Shown here one piece after another: positions 51,225 through 64,000 of a DNA stretch of 64,000 bases. This DNA comes from Octopus sinensis (Eukaryota): the NCBI RefSeq assembly GCF_006345805.1, contig NC_042998.1, positions 51,646,001 through 51,710,000 on the forward strand, read 5' to 3'. Positions within the stretch are counted from its first letter, which is position 1. Each line of letters starts with the position of its first letter. The notes beneath the pieces were generated by a model. The model saw nothing but the letters and a program-made list of their open reading frames with translations, had not been told where the DNA came from and made no database searches. The translations under genes and the position numbers were made by a program.

Positions 51225-53660
51225 TATAGCATTTGTGTGTGTCTGTGTGTATGTACAGCAAACTCTGTATAGTTTCTATCAACCAAATTCCCTCACGAGT
51301 CAACCCTAAGATGCCACACAATAAAGCCTGAACCTGAAACATAATTGCAGAAGGACTTAACCATAGTTATGCCTGCATGTATACATTACTACTTAACTCT
51401 GGTTATGTAACATCCTCTTAAAAGTCCCATGATGATTATTACACAATGGGACCTTACATTAGAGAGCTCCTCACTACCTTCAAAATGAATGCAAACAAGA
51501 TTAGTATGATTCTTGTGATATCATGCATTTCATGAGTGACTTCACCCTTAAGATACCAACTAACTTGAAACCATCCCTGGCTCTGTTGTCTTGTTTTCAA
51601 AAGTTCTGAATTAAAATCTTCCAAACCTTAATCACAACTTTGTTTTTTTATACTACTGTTCTCTTTCACCACCAATTTATGATCTTAGAAATCCAGCTAC
51701 GGCTGTTAAACTTACACACACCCAATCATGCCAAAAAATAGTAATGTGTTTGTAAATAGGTGATTGGATGCAGAGATTTTACTTAGAAGAAATTACTATT
51801 ATTAACAATCAAAACTGTCCAAATTTTCTTCCTTTTTCCTTTTAGTTTCCAACTATATAATTTAACATCTAACAACTAATTTATTGAAATTTAATACCCT
51901 CTGTATATTTTACCCTTCATTCAAATATGGCATAATAATTTGAGTGCATTTGTAACAAAAAAAAAAAATCCAAATGCTTCAAACATTCATTTATATTATA
52001 TATATTTTTGTCTGCTAACACAGGTGACCAGATTTTGACGTCTATGATAGTGAGAGAGAGAGAGAGAGAGAAAGAACTTTAATGAAACTTGAAACTTGCT
52101 TTAATGCCAAGCAGCTACTTTTATCTCAAATTGTTTAACAGTCTATCAGCTTTTCGATATGAAATTGAGTCTTGAAAGCTATCAAGCTATAAAATCTACA
52201 CTTAAATAATATCTTTTGATACACAAAATATTAGCATACATACATAATCAGGTCAAACCTATTACTGACATTTACAGTAATATGAACTGTAAGCAAGAAC
52301 ATATTCTAATGAATGCAAGTATGAAGAACAGCTGAAATCTTAAAAGCTAACTGTCAACTATTGCATCAACATGTCAATTTTTATATCTTTTTATCAACTT
52401 CAAATGAGAATTTATTGGATAACCAATTTTGTTGGCAGTGAAATCTTGCTATGATAAAAAATCTAGACAAAGTAAATGACCTTCTAGTAATGACAGTAGT
52501 TTTTATTCAGTCCAGGTCAGCTCTGTTTGTGTAGACTTATAAAGAAAGGTACACCAGCAATAACCACTGTCTTTCACAGTTTTTAGAATTACATCATCCA
52601 ACGTGTCCTCTTTTCTTAACCCTTTTGACACAAACATGCATAAGACCACGACTGTTTCTATAGCATAAACTTCCTGCTTTAAAGCGATCTGAGTTAAAAA
52701 CTTGCATCAAATTTTCACATTAATTTTTGCTCAAAACACCAGCTTAAATGTGATAGTTATTTTGATTTTTTTTTTATTCTTTAGTTTCAAAATTAACTGA
52801 AACAAAGCTGCATATATCAACAGAAATATGTTAACAATAGGATTAAATTGCTTATGTGTAATTTGAGAGCGCTGACTGCTATTTGCAAAAGATAGAGCTA
52901 CTTGGCAAAATTAATCTTTCATTTGATGTAATGTAAGTTGTTGATTAAGACTTACAAAAGCCACAAAGTGTAAACTTGCTGTATTTTATGGATGGGAACA
53001 TAGCTTTTCAACCAGTGTGTGGATATCTCAATTTAAAGACTAAGAGCATAGCTCAAACCTACTGACTGTTAACATTATACTTTGTTAGCCAAAATATATT
53101 GAGCTGTCTAAATCTAGATGGATAGAGTGCATTTGCAATCACCGAAATCTGCTGGTGATATGCATGTACATTTGGATCTAACAGTTGAATCTAGGTATTA
53201 AATCTCACAATTATGTAGACAATCTAGGTATAGCTAAGCAGTTTTGCTCCACAACCACATAGTCCCAAGTTCTGTCTCCAACAGTTCAGCACCTTGGACA
53301 AGTATCTTAGACTGAGGCTGACCAATGTCTTCTGAATGAATTTGGTAGAATGAACTAAGTGTGGAAGCCCATCACATGTATGTGTGTGCACGTGTGACAT
53401 TTTATTTCTCTTGCTATTTAACAAGTAGTGTTTGTGCCCTCAGTAACTTAGTGGTTTGGCCAAATGAGAATTATAGAATAAGAATAAGCACCGGGTTTTA
53501 TTTGAAAAATTAAAGCCTTTAATTTACTAGTGCCCCAGTATAACCACAATTCAAGGATTGAAATAAGTAAAAATGCTGAGTTCTTATACAATACTAAATA
53601 AATTACGTTTATATATTCATGTTGCAAGATTCTTGATGTGAATTGTGTGTGTTGAAACAA

Positions 53661-54422
53661 ATATTGTAGTATTTGGGGATGATCATGTTGCCAATTTAGC
53701 CAATAAAAACACATGCACTATATATTTGGTATTCATTTGTTTCAGCATTATTTTATATTAATTGTATTTTGGCCAGAATTCTTTTGTCACACTTCTGTGA
53801 CCTCAGTGGTCCTTTGCTTTCTTTTTTCTTTGTTTGTGTCTCACCTTACTAACAATCTGCCATTTTGTATTCCTGTTGTAGGTGTCTTTATTTGCACATG
53901 CCTATATCCCTGTGTGTGTATGCTTAGTAAGGGTGTGTGTGGGAATGTGTATGGTGCCAGCATAATCAGTATCCCCGGTTTATACACGTTTGTTTAATCT
54001 TTATTCATTCATGTTTATATCTACTTTTTCATTTCTTTCTTTTTCTTTGGTATCAACTTAATTTATATCCCCCCCCCCAAAAAAGAAATGAAAAATATAA
54101 ACAAATGAATAAATAAAAGTAAATTAAACAAACATGTATAAACAGGGGATACTGATAATGCAGGCACCACACAGGGATGTATAAAAGACAACAAAAATAC
54201 AAAATGGCAGATCATTAGTAAATAGAGACACAAAAAAAGAAAGAAAGAAAGCAAAGGACCACTGATGAGGTCACAGACATGTGATGAAAGAACTTTGGTC
54301 GAAATACAATTAAAATAAAGCTGAAGCAAGTGAACACCAAATATATAGTGCATGCGTTTTCATTGGTTAAACTGGCAACATGACCATCCCCAAATACAAC
54401 AATACCAAATAAACTACAATAT
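53661..54422. repeat. Long inverted repeat (two ~350-bp arms)
   Basis: ORF-track peptides on opposite strands both begin MHYIFG. Arms align from tattgtag to tttcatttcttt. Confidence 0.9.
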
Positions 54423-54969
54423 ATATGCTGATTATATATGTATGTATGTATGTATGTGTGTATGTATGTATGTATGTAAAGGTGTAGACATGGCTGTGTG
54501 ATAGGAAGTTTGCTTGCCAACCCCGTGGTTCCAGGTTCCAGTGTGTATGTGTCTTTGTTTGTCCCCGATCACTGCTTAGCAATTGGTGTCTGTTTGTTTA
54601 CATCCCCATAACTTAGCATTGGCAAAGAGACCAACAGAACAGCTACCAAGCTTAAAGGCAAAACATAGGTACTGGGGCTGATTCATTCGACCAAAATTCT
54701 CCAAGGCGTTACTCCAGCTTGGCCGCAATCTAGTGACTGAAACTAGTAAATGATAGAAGATAAAAGAGTCTTTCTTCCATATACTGGCTGTGAGATATAA
54801 TAATATCACTCACTGGATATCCTCTGCATGGATATCTCTCATAGCCAAATAAATATAATTGACCGTCTGTTTCTTCATCCATTCTTTCTATCTGTATTTG
54901 TTTCTCTGTTCATCTATCTATCTATCTATCTATTTATCTATCTGTCTGGTTATCTATCTATCTACACTC

Positions 54970-55119
54970 GCGGAGTGGTTGGCGTTAGGAAGGGCATCCA
55001 GCCGTAGAAACACTGCCAAATCTGACTGGGCCTGATGAAGCCTTCCGGCTTCACAGACCCCAGTTAAACCGTCCAACCCATGCTAGCATGGAAAGCGGAC
55101 GCTAAATGATGATGATGAT
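54970..55119 (+). mobile_element. RTE LINE 3' end with (GAT)n tail
   Basis: ggagtggttggcgttaggaagggcatccagccgtagaaac...ccaacccatgctagcatggaa...tgatgatgat. Degenerate copies at ~1250-1400(-), 17150-17340, 34275-34430 and 48330-48430. Confidence 0.8.
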
Positions 55120-55708
55120 TCCAAAAGATTACAAATCTTTGCCAGCCTTATGTGTGGCATCTTTCAGTTTACACAATAAATATAGATTGATGTCTACTTG
55201 CATTGACAAAAAAACAAATGTAGCCATGACATGGTCATTCAGCCTGCCTAAAACAGGAACCAACTCCTTTAAATCACCTTATTCTCAAAGGGGGGAAAAG
55301 AACATACTGGATAACATGATGGTCAAGAGCACTGACCCAAGGTATATTACACCCAGGAAAATGTGATGGTAATAATTGCAATGCCATTATAGGAAAAAAT
55401 AATTTCCAATATACAACTTAACAGCAACTGTGCTAAATTCACTCAACACAGACACCCAAACGAAGCAAAAAAAAAAAAAAAAAAAACAACAAACAAAACA
55501 TACATAGAGTAATAACTACACTAAGCAACACTAGCAAACAGAACTATTAACCCTACAATGCCCGTTGTTAATAAGTATTGGTGTTTCAAATACTATGCTT
55601 TTTGTGGAAAGAAAACATCAAAACTGAAAGCTTGGACAGGCTCCAAGAATTCATTACATTAAATACCATAGCATGTTAGCAATATCTGGCAATTTGTTGC
55701 ACAATTGA

Positions 55709-55747
<39 letters not shown>

Positions 55748-57920
55748 TAATTTAAAAAAAAAAAAAAACAGTTCTGCATGCTGATAATTTAGATATAGGG
55801 TTAATTACATGTTCCATTCAATAAGTTTGCTTTACTGTCATAATGTCCAACATTGCAATCTGTGTAACATCTTAGGTGTTTGCTACCATATCCACAGGTC
55901 TAGCCAAGCCTTATGAGTGAAACTCTATGGGAGCCCATCGGATGGATTGTACCTAAAATTCAATGGCTGTCTTTGTCAAATGATGACTATAGAATACTCA
56001 GCCACTAATTTATTGAGACGGCAGCTCAATTGTCAAAACCTAAAGCCATGCCAATAATTGTCCGATTCAACTTTTTATTATTTTTTATAGTTTTGTTTGA
56101 AGAGTCAAGTGAAAGAGAATTGCCATTCAGTTCTTGATTGTAAGTTGCAGTTTATTAAGCAAATTTCTTTGGATTTTTCCCTCCCTTCAATTTTTGAACA
56201 TGGTTAGAAATTGGCAATGTTATTTATTAATGATTTAATTAGAAAAAGAGAGCTTGGACTTGGAGAAAATAATCAGAGTGATATTTCAATGTCATCTGTA
56301 CATGCCAGCAATGTAAGTGATGTTAAGATTTATTGATTCTGAACAGGAATGGAATTACTACATAGTTGATCATCGATTGCATTGATGTTTCCATTAGTGA
56401 TGTAGGTCCTACAAAACCATTAAACTTAGAAGCAAAGCCTGTTTAGTTTCCTCAAATTTTTTCTGAAGAATGATAGGCAATGAGACAAGGCATACACTTC
56501 AATAGGATACTATATCAATGGTAATGATGAAAGAATGTCTTGGAATGTTTTTCTCAATGCTAGTAGTTAAAGAAACAAATGAAACACAAATTCAGCTTTA
56601 AAACAGGAAACAAATGCCCAGGAATTGAATTGCTATTTTGTAAATATATGTGAAGACACTTAAGCAGTAGCAACTTTATGTTCGGCCTGCCTGTATAAGT
56701 AACAGTGATATGGCAACAAGTAAAAACTATATTCACAATGCACCCCAATGATCAATTTATCATATCAGCAAATTTCATCCAAATCCCATTTTACACAGGG
56801 CAAAATGCATTTCATACGATTGGGAAATGTATAGATAGAAAGCACTGTACACCTTTTAAAAGTTTAAGAAAAAAACATTTATGAAGCTATGCCAAAAGAA
56901 AATTCCAGAATCAAAACACAAAACAACAGGAGAAAGAGTTTATATATGGCTATGAGAAGTCGAACTTGCAGACTGAAGATAGAAAGTCCTTAATATTTAT
57001 GGCAAGTTCCATTTTAAATAGGCATATTTCATCTCAATGAAAGTGATTACAAAGCTCTTAATTACACACACACACACAAAGTAGTGGAAAAATACAACAG
57101 CCAATAAAATATATGGGGTAATTTGATAATTTTATTTTAACATCAAGAAGCTTTTATTATAGGACACGCGTTGTAAAATAACTCCATATTACATCTGGTA
57201 GAATAAAGTACTTATGACATATATTAAATATCAACTATAACATATTTTCATACTATTTGACTCTTAAGCTGTTCTTGATTGTGCAAACCTTCAATGGAAG
57301 CATTCCAGCCTTGATCATTTAGTCCTTCTGAAGACAATGTCTCCAAGAATGCATTATAATCTGTGTCCTTTTTCACAGTGGAATATATAATGCTGTTCTG
57401 AAAGTTATTCTTGAATTAGCAGACCTATGAACAAAAGAATTTAAGATGTAGCCATCCCATCTTTAATCCAGACAGTATATCTAAGATGACATTCTAATAA
57501 ATGCTTCTTATTTTTATAAAAAAGACATCGAAAGTTACCTCGAGGGAAGGAAATTTCTATTTCTAGCAGATCAAGCAAACCACATAGAAGCTCCTATGCA
57601 GATCATTATTGGCTTGTGAAGCCAAATACCCACAATATATTAGAACAGGTTTCTAATTCTGATGAGTTTCTTAAGAGTGTCCAAATTCAAAAATCAGTTC
57701 CATTTATTATGAGAGCTGGTTCCCAGTGCAAAATTACAGCAAAACAAATGCTATGGTATACTATAATCCTAACAAGCTTGGCATGACAAAGTTTTAAGTT
57801 CACTACATAAGAGATTCTGGGTTTTATCTCAATGTACAGTTATCATGTGCAACTGTCTTTTACTATAACCTCAAACATATAAGTGTGAGAGAAAGCCAGT
57901 CAGATGAGCTCTAACTTTAA

Positions 57921-58115
57921 CCCTTTAGCATACAAATTCTGTCAAATGTAATGCTTACTTATTCACATTTTCTCATAGCTTTGAGATTTTAATGGTGTAA
58001 TTGTTTATTTTAGAATGACATTGTAGAGCAGACTGGAGGGGCCAGATTCGGCTGGTTTGAGCATAAAATGACTAAAATATCTGGGTTAGATACAGCCAAT
58101 TTAAATGCTTAAGAG
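57921..58115 (+). mobile_element. TTAA-MITE copy with both ends
   Basis: ttaa|ccctttagca...tgcttaagag|ttaa. Confidence 0.85.
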
Positions 58116-59322
58116 TTAATTTATAAAGCCAGCTTTGTTGCACAATGTCATACTAAATCAGGCCAAGGATTATGTTATGAGAATATGAATGTGAAATACT
58201 CAGTTACATAAGTCTACATAACTCTGTAAGGAGAATAAGGCTGTTTCTCTGGCATATATATTCCTTCCTGGACGAGATGCTGTTAAGCGGACTGGAGCAA
58301 CATGAAATGAAACATACTGCTCAAGAACACCAATGCATCGTCCAGTTCAAGACTGAAACCACAATCTTAGTCACGAGTCAAACACCCTAACCACTAAGCT
58401 ACCTGCCTCAACTCTGCCACTTACGTAATATAATAAGTAAACACTGAATAATCGGATAAAGCTGTTAAAAGTAGAAGAAACAATTGATGATCCTTGGTAG
58501 AACAGAATTTTTCTTATTATTTTTTGCAGCTTTTAAGGGCACTGCAGCTAATTCTTTTTACAATATATCCATGCATATTACAAGTATATGGCTGAGTCTT
58601 AATTTCTAAGTCTCAGTCCAAAGCAAAATTTAGCTAAAAATTTTAAACAACTAAAGGAAGCTTATTGGAGAAAAAAAAGAAAATTTTAACTAAAATCTAG
58701 AACACGTCAAATGGGTTTAGTCATTTAACCATTAGTAAAAGTAATATATAGAAATAAAAATAATATATGCATGAGGAGTTAAAACTTTTGTATTGTTCTT
58801 TTTAATATCTAGTGATTACTCGGGTATCCTGCTAAATGATTATAAGTAGTAATTTGACAGTTAATGTTTATGAGACCCACTCATTAATCAATAGCATGGT
58901 TGCCTGGCAAACAATTGGTGTGTGGTTCAATTGTCAGCAAGGGGTCTCTTGTACTTGTAACTGCCATTACACACAAATATGGGTATTGGAAAATCCAATT
59001 TCTCACAATAACTAAACAGTTTCTTCCAAACCAGAATGAAAATACTAGTCTATGCATGATATTGAACCTCTAATAAAACTGTTCCTCTAAAAATGGATTG
59101 AGTTTTACTATATTAATCTCTGATTTTAAAGAAATACACAATGTTCTTATGTTTTTAAGAGGTGACTAAAATGGTTGATGACAAAGTACTGTCATCTAAA
59201 AAAAAATAAAATAAAAACTGTCAAACCCATGCCAGCATGATGACATGGACATAAAAAGCTGCCAAAGAAGGGAAGTATTCAGTTCTCTCGTTGAGATAAA
59301 TGGACAGGGTTCTCATACTTCA

Positions 59323-59514
59323 ATCATCATCATCATCATCGTTTAACGTCTGCTTTCCATGCTAGCATGGGTTGGACGATTTTGACTGAGGGCTGACGAA
59401 CCAGATGGTTGCACCAGTCTCCAATCTTGATTTGGCAGAGTTTCTACAGCTGGATGCCCTTCCTAACACCAACCACTCCGAGAGTGTAGTGGGTGCTTTT
59501 TACGTGCCACCGGC
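59323..59514 (-). mobile_element. RTE LINE 3' end, reverse orientation
   Basis: (ATC)n, then gtttaacgtctgctttccatgctagcatgggttggac...ggatgcccttcctaac. Confidence 0.82.
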
Positions 59515-62500
59515 ATTTCAATACATGTATGTTTTGTAAAAATCTTAGCCAGAGGATTATGCAATCCCAACTCTTGGAATTACACTGACAAATTCAGAAG
59601 TTTATATATCTATGTTCGTGAAGCAAAACAATTTTCCCCATGGCTAAACTGATATTGTAAAATTTACATTTTTTTTCTTCTTTTGGTATAATTATTACTA
59701 TATGATCAATTCCTTAAATAAAGACAGTATCTAACCATGAATCAATGATACAGGCAGTTTTAAATATGTCCAAAATTTTGCAACATTTAAATTCATTTAT
59801 GAGCAAGGACTATATTCTGTATTTTTCATTTTAACCATATTATTTAACACAGAGAGGGAAAAAATATCAGGCCTCAAACTTTGCCAACTATTGCATCACT
59901 ACCCACCTCCATTTCACACCACATATGGTAAATATTACATAATTCAGGAAGTAGCTCATGTCTACTTATACTCAATTTTTTTTTTTAAGAGATTCCTGAA
60001 TATCAAGACAACTAGATCTGTTATAATGCAAAAATACCATTTCCAGTGCTAATAAAAATAAACAACATTCTAGGCAAGTTAACTAATTACTACTTATAGA
60101 GTCTCGACTGTGGAAATAATGGAATATACAGAATATAGATCCTGAACATAAATAGTATGCTGGAGTTTGTCAAAATAACTTTGTCTTCATTTGCTAATGT
60201 AGCCAAGCATATAGGATATTATTTGAAGTTCTAAATTGAGAAATGAAGCTTCTAAAATCTTATTTGAAGTTAATAAAACTTCAAAATCTTTCCCAAAAGA
60301 ACAAATTCAAAAACAAATCACCCAAATTATTTTCCAAATTTTGAATTTTCTTGTGATTGGATATGAGGGTGGAGGTAGGGTCACTAAGTAATTCTAAAGA
60401 TAGCATATGTAAAAGACATAATATTTGGCAGATCTAGTCTTCCTCATTCAGAAATGAGGGCCCTTAATTTTGCTCAGATTGCTTTCAATTTTGGTGTATC
60501 GATGCAACTCTGATCACATTTCAACAGCTTAACTGAAACAGGGACTGAGAGGGATATTGTGGAACAGAGAAACCGTAGTTGATACTGATAATTTAGCATT
60601 ATTTTTGAATTCTGCATGCAAAAACATAAGATACAGGGATTCTTTCCCTTGGGGCCAAATTCTTTGATGACCAGAATTACTCTTATCATAGTTTACAAAT
60701 CTAAGCATGAAAACATTACTCAACTTTGTATCTTTGGAGACAGACGCCACCTTTTCACACACGCACGCGTGCACACACATATCAATGATATACATAAATA
60801 CATGGCAGATATACATAATACTGAAGTACTCAAAGTAAACACATGCAGACAAATATATTAATATAACAAATTTTTAAAAAATGATAAAAACATACAACCA
60901 ATGAAAAGATAAAAGAAACAGTAAGATGATACGTGTTGATTTTATTAGGTATTTCTGTTTATTTAGAAACCTATAATGAACAGGTCAGACGCTAAGCTAT
61001 AAATTTCACAGGGTACAACCTCACAGTTGACACCACTCCGCTAAAGACAGAAAATTTGTCTCTCTATTGGCTAAAAATACCTAATTTTTTTTCAATTTTG
61101 AACCCTTTTGTTACTGTATTTATTTTGAGATGCTCTGTGTTTCTTTCAATTATTTTAAATATAACAAAGAATTTAGTAAAATAACTTGGTTATCATTAGG
61201 CTAGTGTTAGGAACATAAATTGTGACTAAGGTTTGGTGGAAGATTTTAATTCAAAACTTATGAAAACAAGACATTTGTACTGAGAGTCAGAGCTGGTTTC
61301 AGCCGGGTTGGTATCAGACCTTCAAAGCAATGAGACTGGAAGGCTACATTATTATAGCCGATTTTCAGATTTTTTACTTCCTTTTAAAAAATGCATATTA
61401 TGTGAATGGAAAAAACTAGTTTCTATTTGGCTAAGAAAAAAAAAAAAAATCATGTGAGCTATTTGAGAAAATGTAAGCAGATGAAAAGAAGTTTAATGCC
61501 TGTATGGAGAATGGACATATGATGATGATGGTGCTACGAGTTTGATATACAAAATCAAACTCGTATATATTCAAGTATAGCACATACATATTTTGAAAGA
61601 CTTCAAATCTGTTTTTAAATTACTATTTCAGTGTTTCTAGGACAGTGTTGTGAAATATTCTTCATGGCTAGTCAAGAGGCCTTCAAAAAACTGAAAACCT
61701 CAATCAAGGCAGCAAGAGAGAAAAAGTGCCCAGTCATGAGAAACAAATACAAATTTATTTTTTAAAAATCCAACCCGCAATACAAGAAGGGAGGATGAAA
61801 TCTGCATAAAAGCAGAGAAAACTGGTTGGATCAGCTTTAGCAATTCATACATGAAAAAAAAAGGAAAAAAAGAAACAAAAGAACTTTTTACAGCCTGCTT
61901 TTAACCTCCTTTAGCAAAACTACAAATACACTCAAGTTAGAAGCAATATATACAGCCTGATTGGACAGCTCCCAAGCTTCTGGTAAAGGACAGCAGGGAG
62001 CAGGGCTAGCTTTCACAGCTGCTGTAGACCTGTAGTATGAAAATAAGATGTGGAAGGCAGGTGGTCTGGAAAATAGATGTTAGGCTTGTTAATGGTCAAT
62101 GAAAGAAGCCAGTTTTGTAGTTTCCTACATCAAAAATAATTTTCTCCCCATTTAAGTTTGATGAGTTCTTTCTTCAACTCTCAACCCAAGCAAAACACAC
62201 ACACAAAAGATTGTAATGGGAAGGGAATATAATATGAACTAAAATCACCAACAATACACACGCACACACACACACGTGCACATTTAGAAGATAATTTGTC
62301 AACCTCAATATTTGCAAATACTTTTATTGCACTTATCGCACACACACCCTTTTTTAAGTTGAACATTAATGATTGCTTATTGCAAAAATAAGAGTAATTT
62401 AAATTATAATAAGCTCAACCAAGAATAATAACTACAAAATGCATATGTTGTTGTTTAGCCTCAGGTTAACAATGACTGTGAAGACATATCATAGATTATT

Positions 62501-62927
62501 CCAACAAAGGTCATCTCTCATGTATTTTCCAGTATCTAGAATTTCATTGTTTAACTCATTTGATACCAACTTAGCTGAGATGGCTGGCCCTGGGTCCATA
62601 ACATACTTGTCAGAAAGTGATCTAAACTTTCTACTATAGGCACAAGGCCTGAAAATTTAAAAAGGGTGGTGCTATTCAATTACAGCAACCTCCATACCTA
62701 ACTGGTACTTACTTTATTGACCCTGAACAGATTAAAGGAGAAATTGACCTAGGTGGACAAAATGAAGCTAATCATTTTGTTTGGTATACTAAAGGTTTGG
62801 TCAGCTCACCACCTTTAACACCAGTTTATTTTACATAATTCATTATTTTCAAAATTACTGGACACAACAGCAGTATAAAGTAATGTTTATTGCCACTTCA
62901 ACATAGTTTTTTCATAGGAACTATTGC

Positions 62928-63101
62928 TTTTAGCCCCAGGAGGATGCCTCCTCTAGCTGGTATCAATGCAATTTGCACCCAATATTATACTGCAAGCAGA
63001 GGAGCATGGAAGATGGAGGGGGTTTGCTTCCTGCTTGCAATATATACTGGGTGGAAATTGCGTTGATAACCAGCTGGGGAGGCATCCTCTTGGGGTTAAA
63101 A
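62928..63101. repeat. Imperfect inverted repeat (~78-bp arms, ~18-nt loop)
   Basis: ttttagccccaggaggatgcctcctctagctgg...tgcaagcagaggagca pairs with tgcttcctgcttgca...ccagctggggaggcatcctcttggggttaaaa. Confidence 0.88.
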
Positions 63102-64000
63102 ACGGTAATGTTGGTTCCTTGAAGTGGTGATCAACATTACTTCTCAGTATAGTTACTACTGTCATCTCTTATAGAGATTTTCTAAGCAGCTACTTTTTCT
63201 TAATGGTAGTGTATTTCAACAGAAATATGGTAACAAAAGGGTTAATGTGACCTTTCTTAAAAATGTGTGTGGATACTCTTAAAGATCTGAGTGGGTCATC
63301 AGCCATCTCTAGCAGGTCAAGCAGGACTTTGGCTTGTAAAATTGTTGAAATAGAATGGCTAAGGCTATAACTGAAGGAAATTAGAACTATTAGAAAAATA
63401 AGTAGTGATGGGACGCAACATAAAACATTGCAAGAGAAACAATGAGAGATTTCAATGTATTAAAGTATTTAGATTTGATTTAGTTTTAATATGAGATGAG
63501 GATTATTTAGACATTGATTATGCTATCAACAAGGTTTCCCAAAGCATTTTTGTAGTCAATTTATCAGCTGATGTGACTACTTTTCATACAATTAGAGTAC
63601 ACTGCAAAAGACTAACAGCCACTGATTACAATACATTCAATGGACAAAAATCTTTACAATAGTCTTTAATTAAGTGTCTAGACATCAGTACTGAAGTCAG
63701 TAAATAAGAAAAAGAAAAATTTTTTTAAATACTTAGGCCACAAACATGTCACTAAAAACAATTGTCATGGGAAATGTGATCACAATATAATATTTATAAC
63801 AAACCACAAATTATATTATTTACATAAAGGTATGACTGATGAAAAAGCCATTTCTTGAAGACATCAGACATTACTAAAACCACTAAAATAAACCAAGGGG
63901 AAAATGTTATGTAATTAAGTTATATTAAAATTTTGCTTCAATCCGTGTCCAACACAAAAGAAGAATATTCAATAAGCAATGGAACATTTAAGTAATGGCT

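Overview
Eukaryotic, AT-rich, microsatellite- and transposon-dense genomic DNA. The SINE/RTE repertoire matches what I recall from octopus (coleoid cephalopod) genomes; the species assignment is an inference. One protein-coding gene is well supported: an ELL-family RNA polymerase II elongation factor on the minus strand. I assembled 11 coding exons by hand (48807-48851, 39159-39271, 38237-38362, 36142-36471, 35619-35689, 34548-34707, 31838-31949, 31414-31681, 30508-30559, 30226-30397, 29322-29483). All have GT-AG boundaries and matching phases, giving 1611 nt = 536 aa + stop. I number them E2-E12 because I could not find the expected start exon, which is probably beyond 64000. Positions ~1-19.3 kb are CpG-retaining intergenic-type DNA with SINEs, RTE fragments and a nested hAT/LTR/MITE stack. 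Positions ~19.4-64 kb look CpG-depleted, like a methylated gene body, and that zone runs ~10 kb past the stop codon. No tRNA, rRNA or CRISPR features. I cannot demonstrate a new biological system. The best leads are fold-back structures in ELL introns (candidate editing substrates, a miRNA-like hairpin, a circRNA-type MITE pair), a possibly very long 3' region, loss of the Cys equivalent to human ELL C595, and several unusual mobile-element architectures.
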